64,000 nt of DNA. It comes from an uncultured Verrucomicrobiae bacterium (GTDB lineage Bacteria > Verrucomicrobiota > Verrucomicrobiia > Chthoniobacterales > JAFAMB01). Shown here one piece after another: positions 56,284 to 64,000 of this stretch. The position numbers were made by a program, and so were the translations under genes. The notes below the pieces were generated by a model. The model made no database searches and was not told where the DNA came from. It worked only from the letters and a program-made list of their open reading frames with translations. How positions within the stretch are numbered: the first letter of the stretch is position 1; each line of letters starts with the position of its first letter. The stretch is taken from positions 64,001 through 128,000 of the forward strand of contig CAWIPH010000001.1 of assembly GCA_963837955.1 (NCBI GenBank), given 5' to 3'.

Positions 56284-58128
56284 TTATGCTTTGGCTACAG
56301 CCTCGACCAAGACCGACTTAGACTTCTTCTTGCTAGCACCAAGGAAATAGATCCCACCATAGATGCCCCACAATGCAGCGATGCCGAGCGCAATATAGGG
56401 CTCTTTGAAACTCATGCCGGCAACGGAGAACGGTCCAACCAAGTAGAACAGCATGCAAAGCAAATTGGCCAGCAAACCGAAGACCGGCACAACCACATGC
56501 TTGAACCCGTGGAAGGTATGATGCTCGCGGAACGCGACGATCGCAACGATGCAAGTCATCATGTAGAGCAGGAAGGTGCCGAAATTGCTGGTCAGCGTGA
56601 TAATAAGCAGGCTCTGCGGAAGGGCCGCTCCGGTATCGTGCGGCCAGATGCCGAAGCTATACCAGATGTTCTGCGGGAGACCCTTGATGGCGTCGGCTGT
56701 CAGCGCTGCACCGCCGCAGAAGTAAAACAATACGCCAAAGATACCGATTACCACCGAGATGACGGCAAGCGTCCAAATCGCCCGGTGTGGGGTCAGGTTT
56801 TTGGTGTGGAGCGCGCCTAAGTTACCGGCCAGCTCGTCATCGCGGCCCATCGCGTAAGTGACGCGAGCTCCGGTGTTGATGCAGGCCAGTGTTGTCCCGA
56901 TCAACGCCAGAAACACGGTGATGGCTTGGATAAACATGAACCACCATCCAGCTTGAGGACTGCCGAAGACCCACGTGCCGACAATTTGCATCATATCCCC
57001 GATCGGTGCCGGCGAGGCGGACGCCGTTACCGCCGTGTAGCCACTGTTGAGGAAGTAGTTCGCTCCAAAATACTCGAAGAGGTAGCAGAATGCCCCCTGG
57101 ATCACGAGCGACAGGAGCACAGCCCGTGGAATGTCCCGTTTGGCGTTTTTCGCCTCTTCACCCATCGACGTCACCGATTCGAATCCGACCAGAATCAGGA
57201 TCGCGATACACGCCTGGACAAGTACGAAGCTGAATCCGTGCGGTGCGATGACCGAAGCCGCATTTGGATGGAACTCGAACGTGTCAGTCGGATTCTTCGG
57301 GTCGGCCCCCTTGTCGGTCGCGCTTTCCGGCGCGTAGGTCAGCGTGAAATCTTTGTCGGTTCCGTCAGCATTCTTTTCGAAGACGTAGTTTCCGTCCTTG
57401 TCTTTGACAGGATTGGTGGTTTCAACTCCCTTATCATCTTTGGTTGTCGCTGTGGCGATGACCTTCGTCACAGGCGCCCCGTCGGGATTTAGTGTGATGC
57501 CCTTCGACCCCTCGACGTGGTTGACCCGATAGGCTATGGCGATCACGGTGAACACGATCAATGCCGAGATTTGGATTACATTGATGGCAAGGTTTACTCC
57601 AGTTGAGGCATTGACGCCGGAGTACGCGATCCACGCGACAAAAAACGGGAAGACGATGCAAAACAGAACCATCAACAAGGGACTAGGCACCGCCGAGCTG
57701 AAGACTGCTGGCAACAGCTGTCCGGCCAGATATCCGACCAGGATAGCGGTGACGGCCACCATCACACCGGGATAAACCCAGTAATAGAGGTGGCTGGCCC
57801 AACCAACGACGAACTTCGCGATGCGGGCGAATTTGAAGGCTTTCGATTTGGATAAGAAAGCTTGTTCGGCAAAGAAGTAGGACGAACCCGCGCCTGGATA
57901 CAGTTTAGACAATTCGGCATAAGACATGGCTGTGGCGAGACAGAGCAACAGCGCGAGTACAATGCCGAACCACATCCCAATTGCGGCCAAGGGTTGGCCG
58001 TAGAGACATTGTTGAGCGAAGGTCAACCAAAGGAATGCTCCGGGCGCAATGAGCGCCATGGCATTTACGGTCAGACCGGTTAAGCCAAGCGTTGGCTTGG
58101 TCGTAGTGGTAGTAGGGTTTTCTGGCAT
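56284..58128 (-). CDS. APC-family amino acid/amine permease with a large inserted loop
   Basis: NAMALIAPGAF, YAELSKLYPGAGSSY, LVGFES..SMGEEAKN and ARVTYAMGRD motifs. Confidence 0.93.
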   Translation of the reverse strand: MPENPTTTTTKPTLGLTGLTVNAMALIAPGAFLWLTFAQQCLYGQPLAAIGMWFGIVLALLLCLATAMSYAELSKLYPGAGSSYFFAEQAFLSKSKAFKFARIAKFVVGWASHLYYWVYPGVMVAVTAILVGYLAGQLLPAVFSSAVPSPLLMVLFCIVFPFFVAWIAYSGVNASTGVNLAINVIQISALIVFTVIAIAYRVNHVEGSKGITLNPDGAPVTKVIATATTKDDKGVETTNPVKDKDGNYVFEKNADGTDKDFTLTYAPESATDKGADPKNPTDTFEFHPNAASVIAPHGFSFVLVQACIAILILVGFESVTSMGEEAKNAKRDIPRAVLLSLVIQGAFCYLFEYFGANYFLNSGYTAVTASASPAPIGDMMQIVGTWVFGSPQAGWWFMFIQAITVFLALIGTTLACINTGARVTYAMGRDDELAGNLGALHTKNLTPHRAIWTLAVISVVIGIFGVLFYFCGGAALTADAIKGLPQNIWYSFGIWPHDTGAALPQSLLIITLTSNFGTFLLYMMTCIVAIVAFREHHTFHGFKHVVVPVFGLLANLLCMLFYLVGPFSVAGMSFKEPYIALGIAALWGIYGGIYFLGASKKKSKSVLVEAVAKA

Positions 58129-58167
58129 ACTGCGGGGTATTCACGTAGGAAATCGCGGTCGAGGTTA

Positions 58168-58183
58168 AGCATCACCCATGCCA
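58168..58183 (-). promoter_or_regulatory. Sigma-54 (-24/-12) promoter candidate for the APC permease
   Basis: TGGCATGGGTGATGCT (GG-N10-GC), 40 bp upstream of the ATG. Confidence 0.65.
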
Positions 58184-58641
58184 TCGGTCCGAGGATTTCG
58201 ATCCGAAGGTGTATTCTATTTAGTTCGGCTGGTCTGTAACTTCGAAAAGGCTGAGTAAACTCCTCTGCAGCCGCGGTTTCGGTTAAAGATTATTAGCCGA
58301 GATACCCCCCAGCCTGATTATCTAAAGCTGGTTCTCTCCGTTAGAAAATCCTGCTCGTTAAATATTTCCAATGAGGACGCGCTACCCACTCGAAATCAAC
58401 GACCTCGATCGAATCATCGCCATTCGCATTTGACCAAAAACCGCCAACTGTGGAAAAAACTACACACTTCAAGTTGATAACGGTGTGTTTTTTGCGCGCC
58501 GCCCCACCTTCTGCGGTTGATCATCTTTCTCAGTTTCGTTCTGAATCGACAAGGCCCTCGACGTGCCTCTGCCTGCATTCTATGTAGACCCGGCTCAGCA
58601 GCGTCTTTCGCTCCTACCGAAGCGCTCTGATCCACAGCTTT

Positions 58642-59604
58642 ATGGTTAAGTCATTTAAAGAATTAGACGAAAAAGAACTTCTCGCGCTCGCCATCTCCTC
58701 GGAAGAAGAGGACAGCAAAATCTACGGGACATTCGCAGAAAGAGTGCGAACCGAATTTCCGGTCACCGCCCAATTGCTGGATTCGATGCGCGAACAGGAA
58801 TCAGATCATCGGCGCCGGTTAATTGATCTGTTCCAGTCTCGGTTCGGGAACGCAATTCCCCTGATTCGCCGCCAAGACGTGAGAGGGTTCATTCGCCGGC
58901 GACCGATTTGGTTGAATCGGACTCTCACGATCCCGCAGATTCGGCGCGAGGTACAAACAAAGGAGTCGGAGACCATCCGGTTTTACGAGCGCGCTATGGA
59001 ACGGACCTCAAATCCGGAGGTCCGCAAATTACTGGGCGATTTGGCCGAGGCTGAACGGGAACACGGAGATTTTGCCGACGAGTTCGTGAAAGAGAAGTCC
59101 GAGCAGGGCGAGTTCGCCAAGGAAGACGAATCGCAAAGAAGGCTTTTTGTCTTGCAGGTTGTGCAGCCTGGTCTCGCCGGGTTGATGGATGGCTCTGTCT
59201 CAACTCTCGCGCCGGTATTCGCTGCCGCGTTCGCGACGCGTAACAGTTGGGACGCTTTTCTGGTAGGAATTGCAGCCTCGGTCGGTGCGGGAATCAGCAT
59301 GGGGTTTGCCGAAGCGCTTTCAGACGACGGCGTCCTGAGCGGTCGGGGCCAACCGCTCCTGCGCGGGACAATTTGCGGTATAATGACCATGCTCGGCGGA
59401 ATCGGCCACACATTACCGTTCCTGATCCCGGGTTTTTCTCTCGCGATGGGGGTAGCGGTCGCGGTAGTCGCGGTCGAGTTAGTCGTTATCGCCTGGATTC
59501 GTAATCACTACATGGATACTCCGCTGCTCTCGGCGGTTTTTCAGGTGGTGCTCGGCGGTGTCCTGGTGTTTCTGGCAGGCATCGCCATCGGTTCAGCCGG
59601 ATAG
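58642..59604 (+). CDS. mbfA: Iron exporter MbfA (rubrerythrin + VIT1/CCC1 domains)
   Basis: [12 protein letters not shown], ExxH motifs, [17 protein letters not shown] and [12 protein letters not shown]. Confidence 0.93.
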   Translation: MVKSFKELDEKELLALAISSEEEDSKIYGTFAERVRTEFPVTAQLLDSMREQESDHRRRLIDLFQSRFGNAIPLIRRQDVRGFIRRRPIWLNRTLTIPQIRREVQTKESETIRFYERAMERTSNPEVRKLLGDLAEAEREHGDFADEFVKEKSEQGEFAKEDESQRRLFVLQVVQPGLAGLMDGSVSTLAPVFAAAFATRNSWDAFLVGIAASVGAGISMGFAEALSDDGVLSGRGQPLLRGTICGIMTMLGGIGHTLPFLIPGFSLAMGVAVAVVAVELVVIAWIRNHYMDTPLLSAVFQVVLGGVLVFLAGIAIGSAG

Positions 59605-59629
59605 GATCCGCCGCGCCGGTAGGTTTGGC

Positions 59630-59761
59630 GCCATTCTTCGGGGAGGGATCGCGTCCTCGCGATCCGCGGCGCACGAGCGTCCGACGTCGCGCTCACGCAT
59701 TCTGCACCAGGCATCCAAAAAGCTATGTCGGACAGGCAGCGATTCCTCCCCGAAGATTGGC
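59630..59761. repeat. Family C REP/MITE-like element with 23-bp terminal inverted repeats
   Basis: GCCATTCTTCGGGGAGGGATCGC / GCGATTCCTCCCCGAAGATTGGC (2 mismatches); the body matches 24406-24503. Confidence 0.85.
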
Positions 59762-59947
59762 ACGCTGATAACCGGAATTCCTCATGCGTTTTTTGCATGT
59801 GCTCGTCTGACGCGACCGTTTATAATGGGCGAACGCTAACTCCAGTGAGTTTGCCCCGGCCAAGTAGTCTCCGAAGAACTTCTGTACTGTCGTCCGGTCA
59901 TTCCTCCACCGCCCGGTAGACGTTCGCGAAGCGCACATTAACATCCT

Positions 59948-61186
59948 ATGTCTTCTCCCCAATCATCACGACTCACTCGCAATCAGTTGAATGCTGTCAT
60001 CGCCTGCTTCTTGGGTTGGACGCTCGACGCGTTCGACTTTTTTGTCCTCATCTTCGTTTTCCCAGATGTCGCGAAAGAATTCGGTACGAGCATTACAACC
60101 GTTACTATCGCCGTTTGGCTCACGCTGGGGATGCGGCCGGTCGGAGCCTTTCTTTTCGGATTGATGGCTGACCGATTCGGCCGGCGCCCGACTTTGATGC
60201 TTGATATCCTGTGCTACTCGGCCCTGGGATTCGCTTGCGGATTCGCACCGTCACTGACGGTTCTTTTTGTCCTTCGGGCTCTTTTCGGTATTGCGATGGG
60301 CGGAGAGTGGGGAGTGGGTTCCTCCCTGACGATGGAAAGCATTCCTCCGTCCACGCGCGGAGTCATTTCGGGGCTTTTGCAAGCGGGCTATCCTTGCGGA
60401 TATCTTCTCGCATCGATTACCTACACTCTGCTCTTCGATCATATCGGTTGGCGCGGAATGTTTATGGTCGGTGCGATCCCTGCGCTCCTGGTGATCTTTA
60501 TTCGGATGGGGGTCGAAGAATCTCCAGCCTGGAAGGAAAGACAGCCCAACGCGGAACAGATGTTGGGAACAGTGGTTCGCCGATTCCCGCTTTTTATCTT
60601 CGTCATCCTGCTCATGACCGCGTTCAATCTCTTCAGCCACGGGACCCAGGACCTTTATCCCACGTTCCTTAAGGTGCAGCATAAGTTCGATACGCAAACG
60701 GCCGGGCTAGTCACCGCGATTATGAACGTGGGAGCCATTGTTGGAGGCCTGACATTCGGCGCGTTTTCACAGCGCATTGGCCGGCGCAAAGCGATCGTGA
60801 TCGCAGCCCTTCTAGCCATTCCGGCAATTCCCCTTTGGGCATTCGCGCAGGGTCCCTACCTGCTGGCGCTGGGGGCGTTTATTATGCAATTTTTCGTTCA
60901 GGGAGCCTGGGGAGTGATTCCGGCCCACCTCAACGAATTGTCACCTCATGACGTGCGCGGCACCTTCCCTGGATTTACCTATCAACTTGGCAATCTATTT
61001 GCCGCCTGCATCATCACAGTTCAATCGATGTTGGCAGATAAATTTGACAAAAACTACGGCTTGGCCTTGGCGATTGTGGCCTGCATCGTGGCAGTCGCCG
61101 TCGCGGTGCTCGCCGGTTTGGGACCCCACGCCCATGGCGTCCGATTCACCAAGGAGGGGTCGCCGTCCGAACCCCAAGCGGTCTGA
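59948..61186 (+). CDS. MFS transporter (SHS/JEN-like carboxylate or sialic-acid family)
   Basis: GWTLDAFDFF, ADRFGRR, MGGEWG, FSHGTQDLYPTFL and GAWGVIPAHLNELS motifs. Confidence 0.93.
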   Translation: MSSPQSSRLTRNQLNAVIACFLGWTLDAFDFFVLIFVFPDVAKEFGTSITTVTIAVWLTLGMRPVGAFLFGLMADRFGRRPTLMLDILCYSALGFACGFAPSLTVLFVLRALFGIAMGGEWGVGSSLTMESIPPSTRGVISGLLQAGYPCGYLLASITYTLLFDHIGWRGMFMVGAIPALLVIFIRMGVEESPAWKERQPNAEQMLGTVVRRFPLFIFVILLMTAFNLFSHGTQDLYPTFLKVQHKFDTQTAGLVTAIMNVGAIVGGLTFGAFSQRIGRRKAIVIAALLAIPAIPLWAFAQGPYLLALGAFIMQFFVQGAWGVIPAHLNELSPHDVRGTFPGFTYQLGNLFAACIITVQSMLADKFDKNYGLALAIVACIVAVAVAVLAGLGPHAHGVRFTKEGSPSEPQAV

Positions 61187-61356
61187 ATGAGGGCCAGTAT
61201 ATAGAATTTAGAAGTGGAAATGGCGAGGCACACTCATTGGAGCGCTGCTGTTCCGGTCCGAACGTTCCAGGCGAACTTTGATCCCCCTTTGCAGAATCGT
61301 TACCGGTGCGAAATTCTAAATTCTAGATTCTAAATTCAGGCTTCCGCCTTCCGGCT

Positions 61357-61806
61357 TCAAAGATCGACTCCGAAGCCGACTTCGGCGACAAACTCATAGA
61401 AATCTTCGTAATCGGTGTAACTGAGATCACCGCCTGCCCCCTGTTCGGCAGCCCAAACGTCTTTCGAACAGACTCCGTTCTCGACTAAGAAGGCGTAAAA
61501 ATTCCCATCGCTGTCCTCGGCAAATGGATATCCGGTTTCGCGATTAAATTCTTCTTTTCCATCCCACATCGAGAATTGACTATCGGGATCCGGGGATAAA
61601 ATCGTCACGGTCCCAATTTCTCCGGCCCCAAATTTCTTCAAGAAATAACTATATTCTTCCGGGAACTTAAACCCTGCCTTTTGCTCAAACTTGGCGAGCT
61701 TCTCTTCTGGCAGGGGATCTTCCCTGACCAGAAATTCGGAGCTGAGCTGATCCGGGTCCTCTTCTCGGATTTCTTTGATGAGATTATCAAAATCTTCCTG
61801 GGTCAT
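61357..61806 (-). CDS. SMI1/KNR4 (SUKH)-family protein
   Basis: EEKLAKFEQKAGFKFPEEYSYFLKKFGAG and PFAEDSDGNFYAF motifs. Start at MTQED. Confidence 0.85.
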   Translation of the reverse strand: MTQEDFDNLIKEIREEDPDQLSSEFLVREDPLPEEKLAKFEQKAGFKFPEEYSYFLKKFGAGEIGTVTILSPDPDSQFSMWDGKEEFNRETGYPFAEDSDGNFYAFLVENGVCSKDVWAAEQGAGGDLSYTDYEDFYEFVAEVGFGVDL

Positions 61807-61907
61807 ATCGGTCGATGGCACCAATGGCATCTTTCCTTTTAACGGCAAGTGGCAATCACAAGTCTGCTGGCACAGAGCTGGCTGGAACCGGTGAGAAACC
61901 CGCCACC

Positions 61908-62339
61908 ATGTACAAAACCCAAATTCTCGAAGCAAAGAAACGGAAAGGCCTTTCCTGGGAAAAAATCGCTGCTCAGGTCGATCGCTCACCGGTTTTTGTT
62001 ACTTCTGCTTGCTTGGGACAAAACAGTCTCAGCCCGGAGGAAGCTACCAAGCTTTGCGCCCTATTGGATCTCGGATCGGATGTCAGCGAGGCACTGCAGA
62101 CGCCACCGATGAAGGCCGCAGACTCGCTTGATATACCTAAGGATCCGCTGATTTACCGATTTCACGAGATCACTTTGGTCTATGGAGAAACGATTAAGGA
62201 ACTGATCCATGAGAAGTTTGGGGATGGCATTATGAGCGCGATCGATTTCACGATGGAGATCGGCAAAGTTGAGGATCCGAAAGGGGATCGGGTCCAGATC
62301 ACCATGTGCGGCAAATTTCTTCCCTACAAGCGGTGGTGA
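61908..62339 (+). CDS. cynS: Cyanate hydratase (cyanase)
   Basis: N-terminal HTH-like region; DPLIYRFHE, EKFGDGIMSAIDF and GKFLPY motifs. Confidence 0.97.
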   Translation: MYKTQILEAKKRKGLSWEKIAAQVDRSPVFVTSACLGQNSLSPEEATKLCALLDLGSDVSEALQTPPMKAADSLDIPKDPLIYRFHEITLVYGETIKELIHEKFGDGIMSAIDFTMEIGKVEDPKGDRVQITMCGKFLPYKRW

Positions 62340-62477
62340 TTATGTTTGACGGCGGAACCGGGGGCTGGTGGCTAAAACAATCCAGATCGGAAGAAAGAAT
62401 AAGGCGGAATGTTTTTTTCTTTGCACTTTGCATTGGCGCTTTTGGCGTCACTCGGGAAGCAGGGAGTTTCAGAGCCG

Positions 62478-62493
62478 TGGCACAGGAGCTGCT
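62478..62493 (+). promoter_or_regulatory. Sigma-54 (-24/-12) promoter candidate for the P-II/glnA operon
   Basis: TGGCACAGGAGCTGCT (GG-N10-GC), about 195 bp upstream of the P-II start. Confidence 0.7.
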
Positions 62494-62688
62494 TTAGGAT
62501 CGCCCGGCTTCATTCGGGTGGAGGTCCGAATGTGAATTCGCGCATCAGGGTTAACGATCCATGCTGATTGGGGAAAAAGGGTTGCAGCAGGGGTCAAAGG
62601 GGGGCGTGCGTCTCTAAAGCGAGGAAGTGGACTTGGAGGGAGTCTCACTTCCTCGCTTCTTCACCAGCAGGCACGGTGACTCGCCAAA

Positions 62689-63018
62689 ATGAAAAAGATA
62701 GAGGCTATCATCAAGCCGTTTAAGTTGGAGGACGTAAAAAGCGCTTTGGCAGAGCTAGGAATCGAAGGAATGACCGTCAGCGAAGTCAAAGGCTTTCCGT
62801 TATCGGCCCAAGAAACTCGCGTGAATTTCGGAAGCCCTCGATTTTCACCGAAATTGAAAATTGAGTTGATTGTCAAAAACGAATTGCTCGTCCCCGCAAT
62901 TGCTGCAATAAAGCAGAGCGCTCGAACCGACCGAAAAGACGACGGGAAGATCTTCGTGAAAGATCTCGTCGAGGTAATTCGCATTAGAACTGAAGAGCGC
63001 GGAGAACGGGCAATTTGA
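62689..63018 (+). CDS. glnB: P-II family nitrogen regulator with degenerate T- and B-loops
   Basis: MKKIEAIIKPFKLEDVK, GMTVSEVKGF, PKLKIE, DGKIFV and IRIRT motifs; sits directly upstream of glnA. Confidence 0.85.
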   Translation: MKKIEAIIKPFKLEDVKSALAELGIEGMTVSEVKGFPLSAQETRVNFGSPRFSPKLKIELIVKNELLVPAIAAIKQSARTDRKDDGKIFVKDLVEVIRIRTEERGERAI

Positions 63019-63076
63019 AAAGATTGCAGACCCGGCGTCTATACGAAAAAACTAGCTCATTGAATTGTAACCATCT

Positions 63077-64000
63077 ATGACCCCAGCCGAAGTAACCAAA
63101 TTCATCGAAAAACAGGGTGTTAAACTGATCGACTTCAAGTTTGCCGATTTGCTCGGTACCTGGCAGCACTTCACCACGACGTTAAACGAATACAGTGAAG
63201 ACATTTTCACAGACGGATTAGGGTTTGATGGTTCCAGTATCCGCGGGTGGAAAGTGATTAATGCGAGTGACATGTTGGTCATTCCGGATCCAGCTACCGC
63301 TTGGATTGATATTTTTAATGCGGAACCAACGCTCAGCTTCATCTGTACGATTAAGGATCCAATTACGCGCGAACCTTACGATCGCGACCCACGAGGTGTT
63401 GCTGAAAAGGCAGAGGCGTACCTGAAGAGCACGGGTATCGCAGATACTGCATTTTTTGGCCCCGAAGCGGAATTTTTCATCTTCGATGATGTCCGTTATG
63501 ATTACACATCCAACACCTCCTTCCACAGCGTAGATAGCGCGGAAGGTATCTGGAATAGTGCGCGGGAAGAGTTCCCGAACCTTGGGTACAAGATTCGGCA
63601 CAAAGAAGGCTATTTCCCGGTTTCGCCCACTGATACCTTACAGGACATCCGTAACGAGATGTGCTTGGAAATGGAAAAAGCCGGCATCCCGATCGAGCGG
63701 CAACACCACGAAGTTGGTACGGCCGGACAGGCCGAAATCGATATTCGCTTTGCTCCGCTGAAATTGATGGCCGACCACATGATGTATTACAAATACATCA
63801 CCAAGAACGTAGCGAAGAAGTACAACAAGGTCGTTACATTCATGCCGAAGCCTCTTTTCGGAGACAATGGCTCCGGAATGCATACTCACTCATCCCTTTG
63901 GAAAGGTGGAAAACCGCTTTTTGCAGGCGATAAGTATGCCGGGTTGAGCGAAATGGCCCTATTTTATATCGGCGGAATTCTTAAACATGCCCGGGCGCTC
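63077..64000 (+). CDS. glnA: Glutamine synthetase type I (3' partial; runs off the window)
   Basis: Hand translation gives [32 protein letters not shown]..., [34 protein letters not shown] and [16 protein letters not shown]. Confidence 0.97.
   Translation, partial: MTPAEVTKFIEKQGVKLIDFKFADLLGTWQHFTTTLNEYSEDIFTDGLGFDGSSIRGWKVINASDMLVIPDPATAWIDIFNAEPTLSFICTIKDPITREPYDRDPRGVAEKAEAYLKSTGIADTAFFGPEAEFFIFDDVRYDYTSNTSFHSVDSAEGIWNSAREEFPNLGYKIRHKEGYFPVSPTDTLQDIRNEMCLEMEKAGIPIERQHHEVGTAGQAEIDIRFAPLKLMADHMMYYKYITKNVAKKYNKVVTFMPKPLFGDNGSGMHTHSSLWKGGKPLFAGDKYAGLSEMALFYIGGILKHARAL

Noticed and set aside
61200..61340. Possible ncRNA between the convergent MFS and SMI1 genes
   Set aside because: The flanking AGAATTT/TTCTAAA heptamer runs look like another short-repeat inverted pair, and no further defined structure was seen.
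62420..62440. NtrC-binding site upstream of the glnB promoter (TGCACTTTGCATTGGCGC)
   Set aside because: Spacing and symmetry do not fit TGCAC-N7-GTGCA well enough to call.
63052..63933. Several short track ORFs at the window end
   Set aside because: They are shadow frames of glnA (63077 onwards), which the track omitted because it has no stop inside the window.
1..64000. Prophage, integrative element, defence island, tRNA or rRNA
   Set aside because: No integrase, phage structural, restriction-modification, RT or cas genes were seen, and no cloverleaf or rRNA signatures were recognised by eye.

Overview
A 64 kb stretch of ordinary bacterial chromosome, moderately GC-rich. Gene content and repeat style suggest a soil Verrucomicrobiota/PVC organism, which is inference only. 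It opens with the 3' end of an IS1182-like transposase and ends in the 5' part of glnA. Between these lie housekeeping and metabolic genes: a GreA-like factor, nudC, an M20 amidohydrolase, yciH, upp, a POT transporter, a hybrid histidine kinase, mmsA, uppP and mbfA. There is a complete L-rhamnose-type catabolic cluster (AraC regulator, ABC transporter, two isomerases, rhaB, rhaEW, lutABC), a second sugar ABC transporter, and a nitrogen block (outer-membrane porin, APC permease, cynS, P-II, glnA) with sigma-54-type promoters. Intergenic regions are dense in several families of REP-like palindromes and 7-/9-mer tandem repeats. I saw no CRISPR array, rRNA, tRNA, prophage or recognisable defence system. 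The best leads are: (1) an exported 893-aa fusion of a UPF0489/arginase-fold domain, a papain-like Cys-His domain and a CapA phosphoesterase, next to a DUF4424 glycan-binding protein; (2) a P-II protein in the glnA operon that has lost its canonical effector-binding T- and B-loop motifs; (3) an unannotated leader peptide with a structured RNA leader at about 7.0-7.3 kb; (4) a ~150-nt multi-stem candidate ncRNA at 48.8-49.0 kb; (5) nested and modular REP elements, one of them apparently hit by the IS. All family assignments come from motif recognition by eye, not from database searches.
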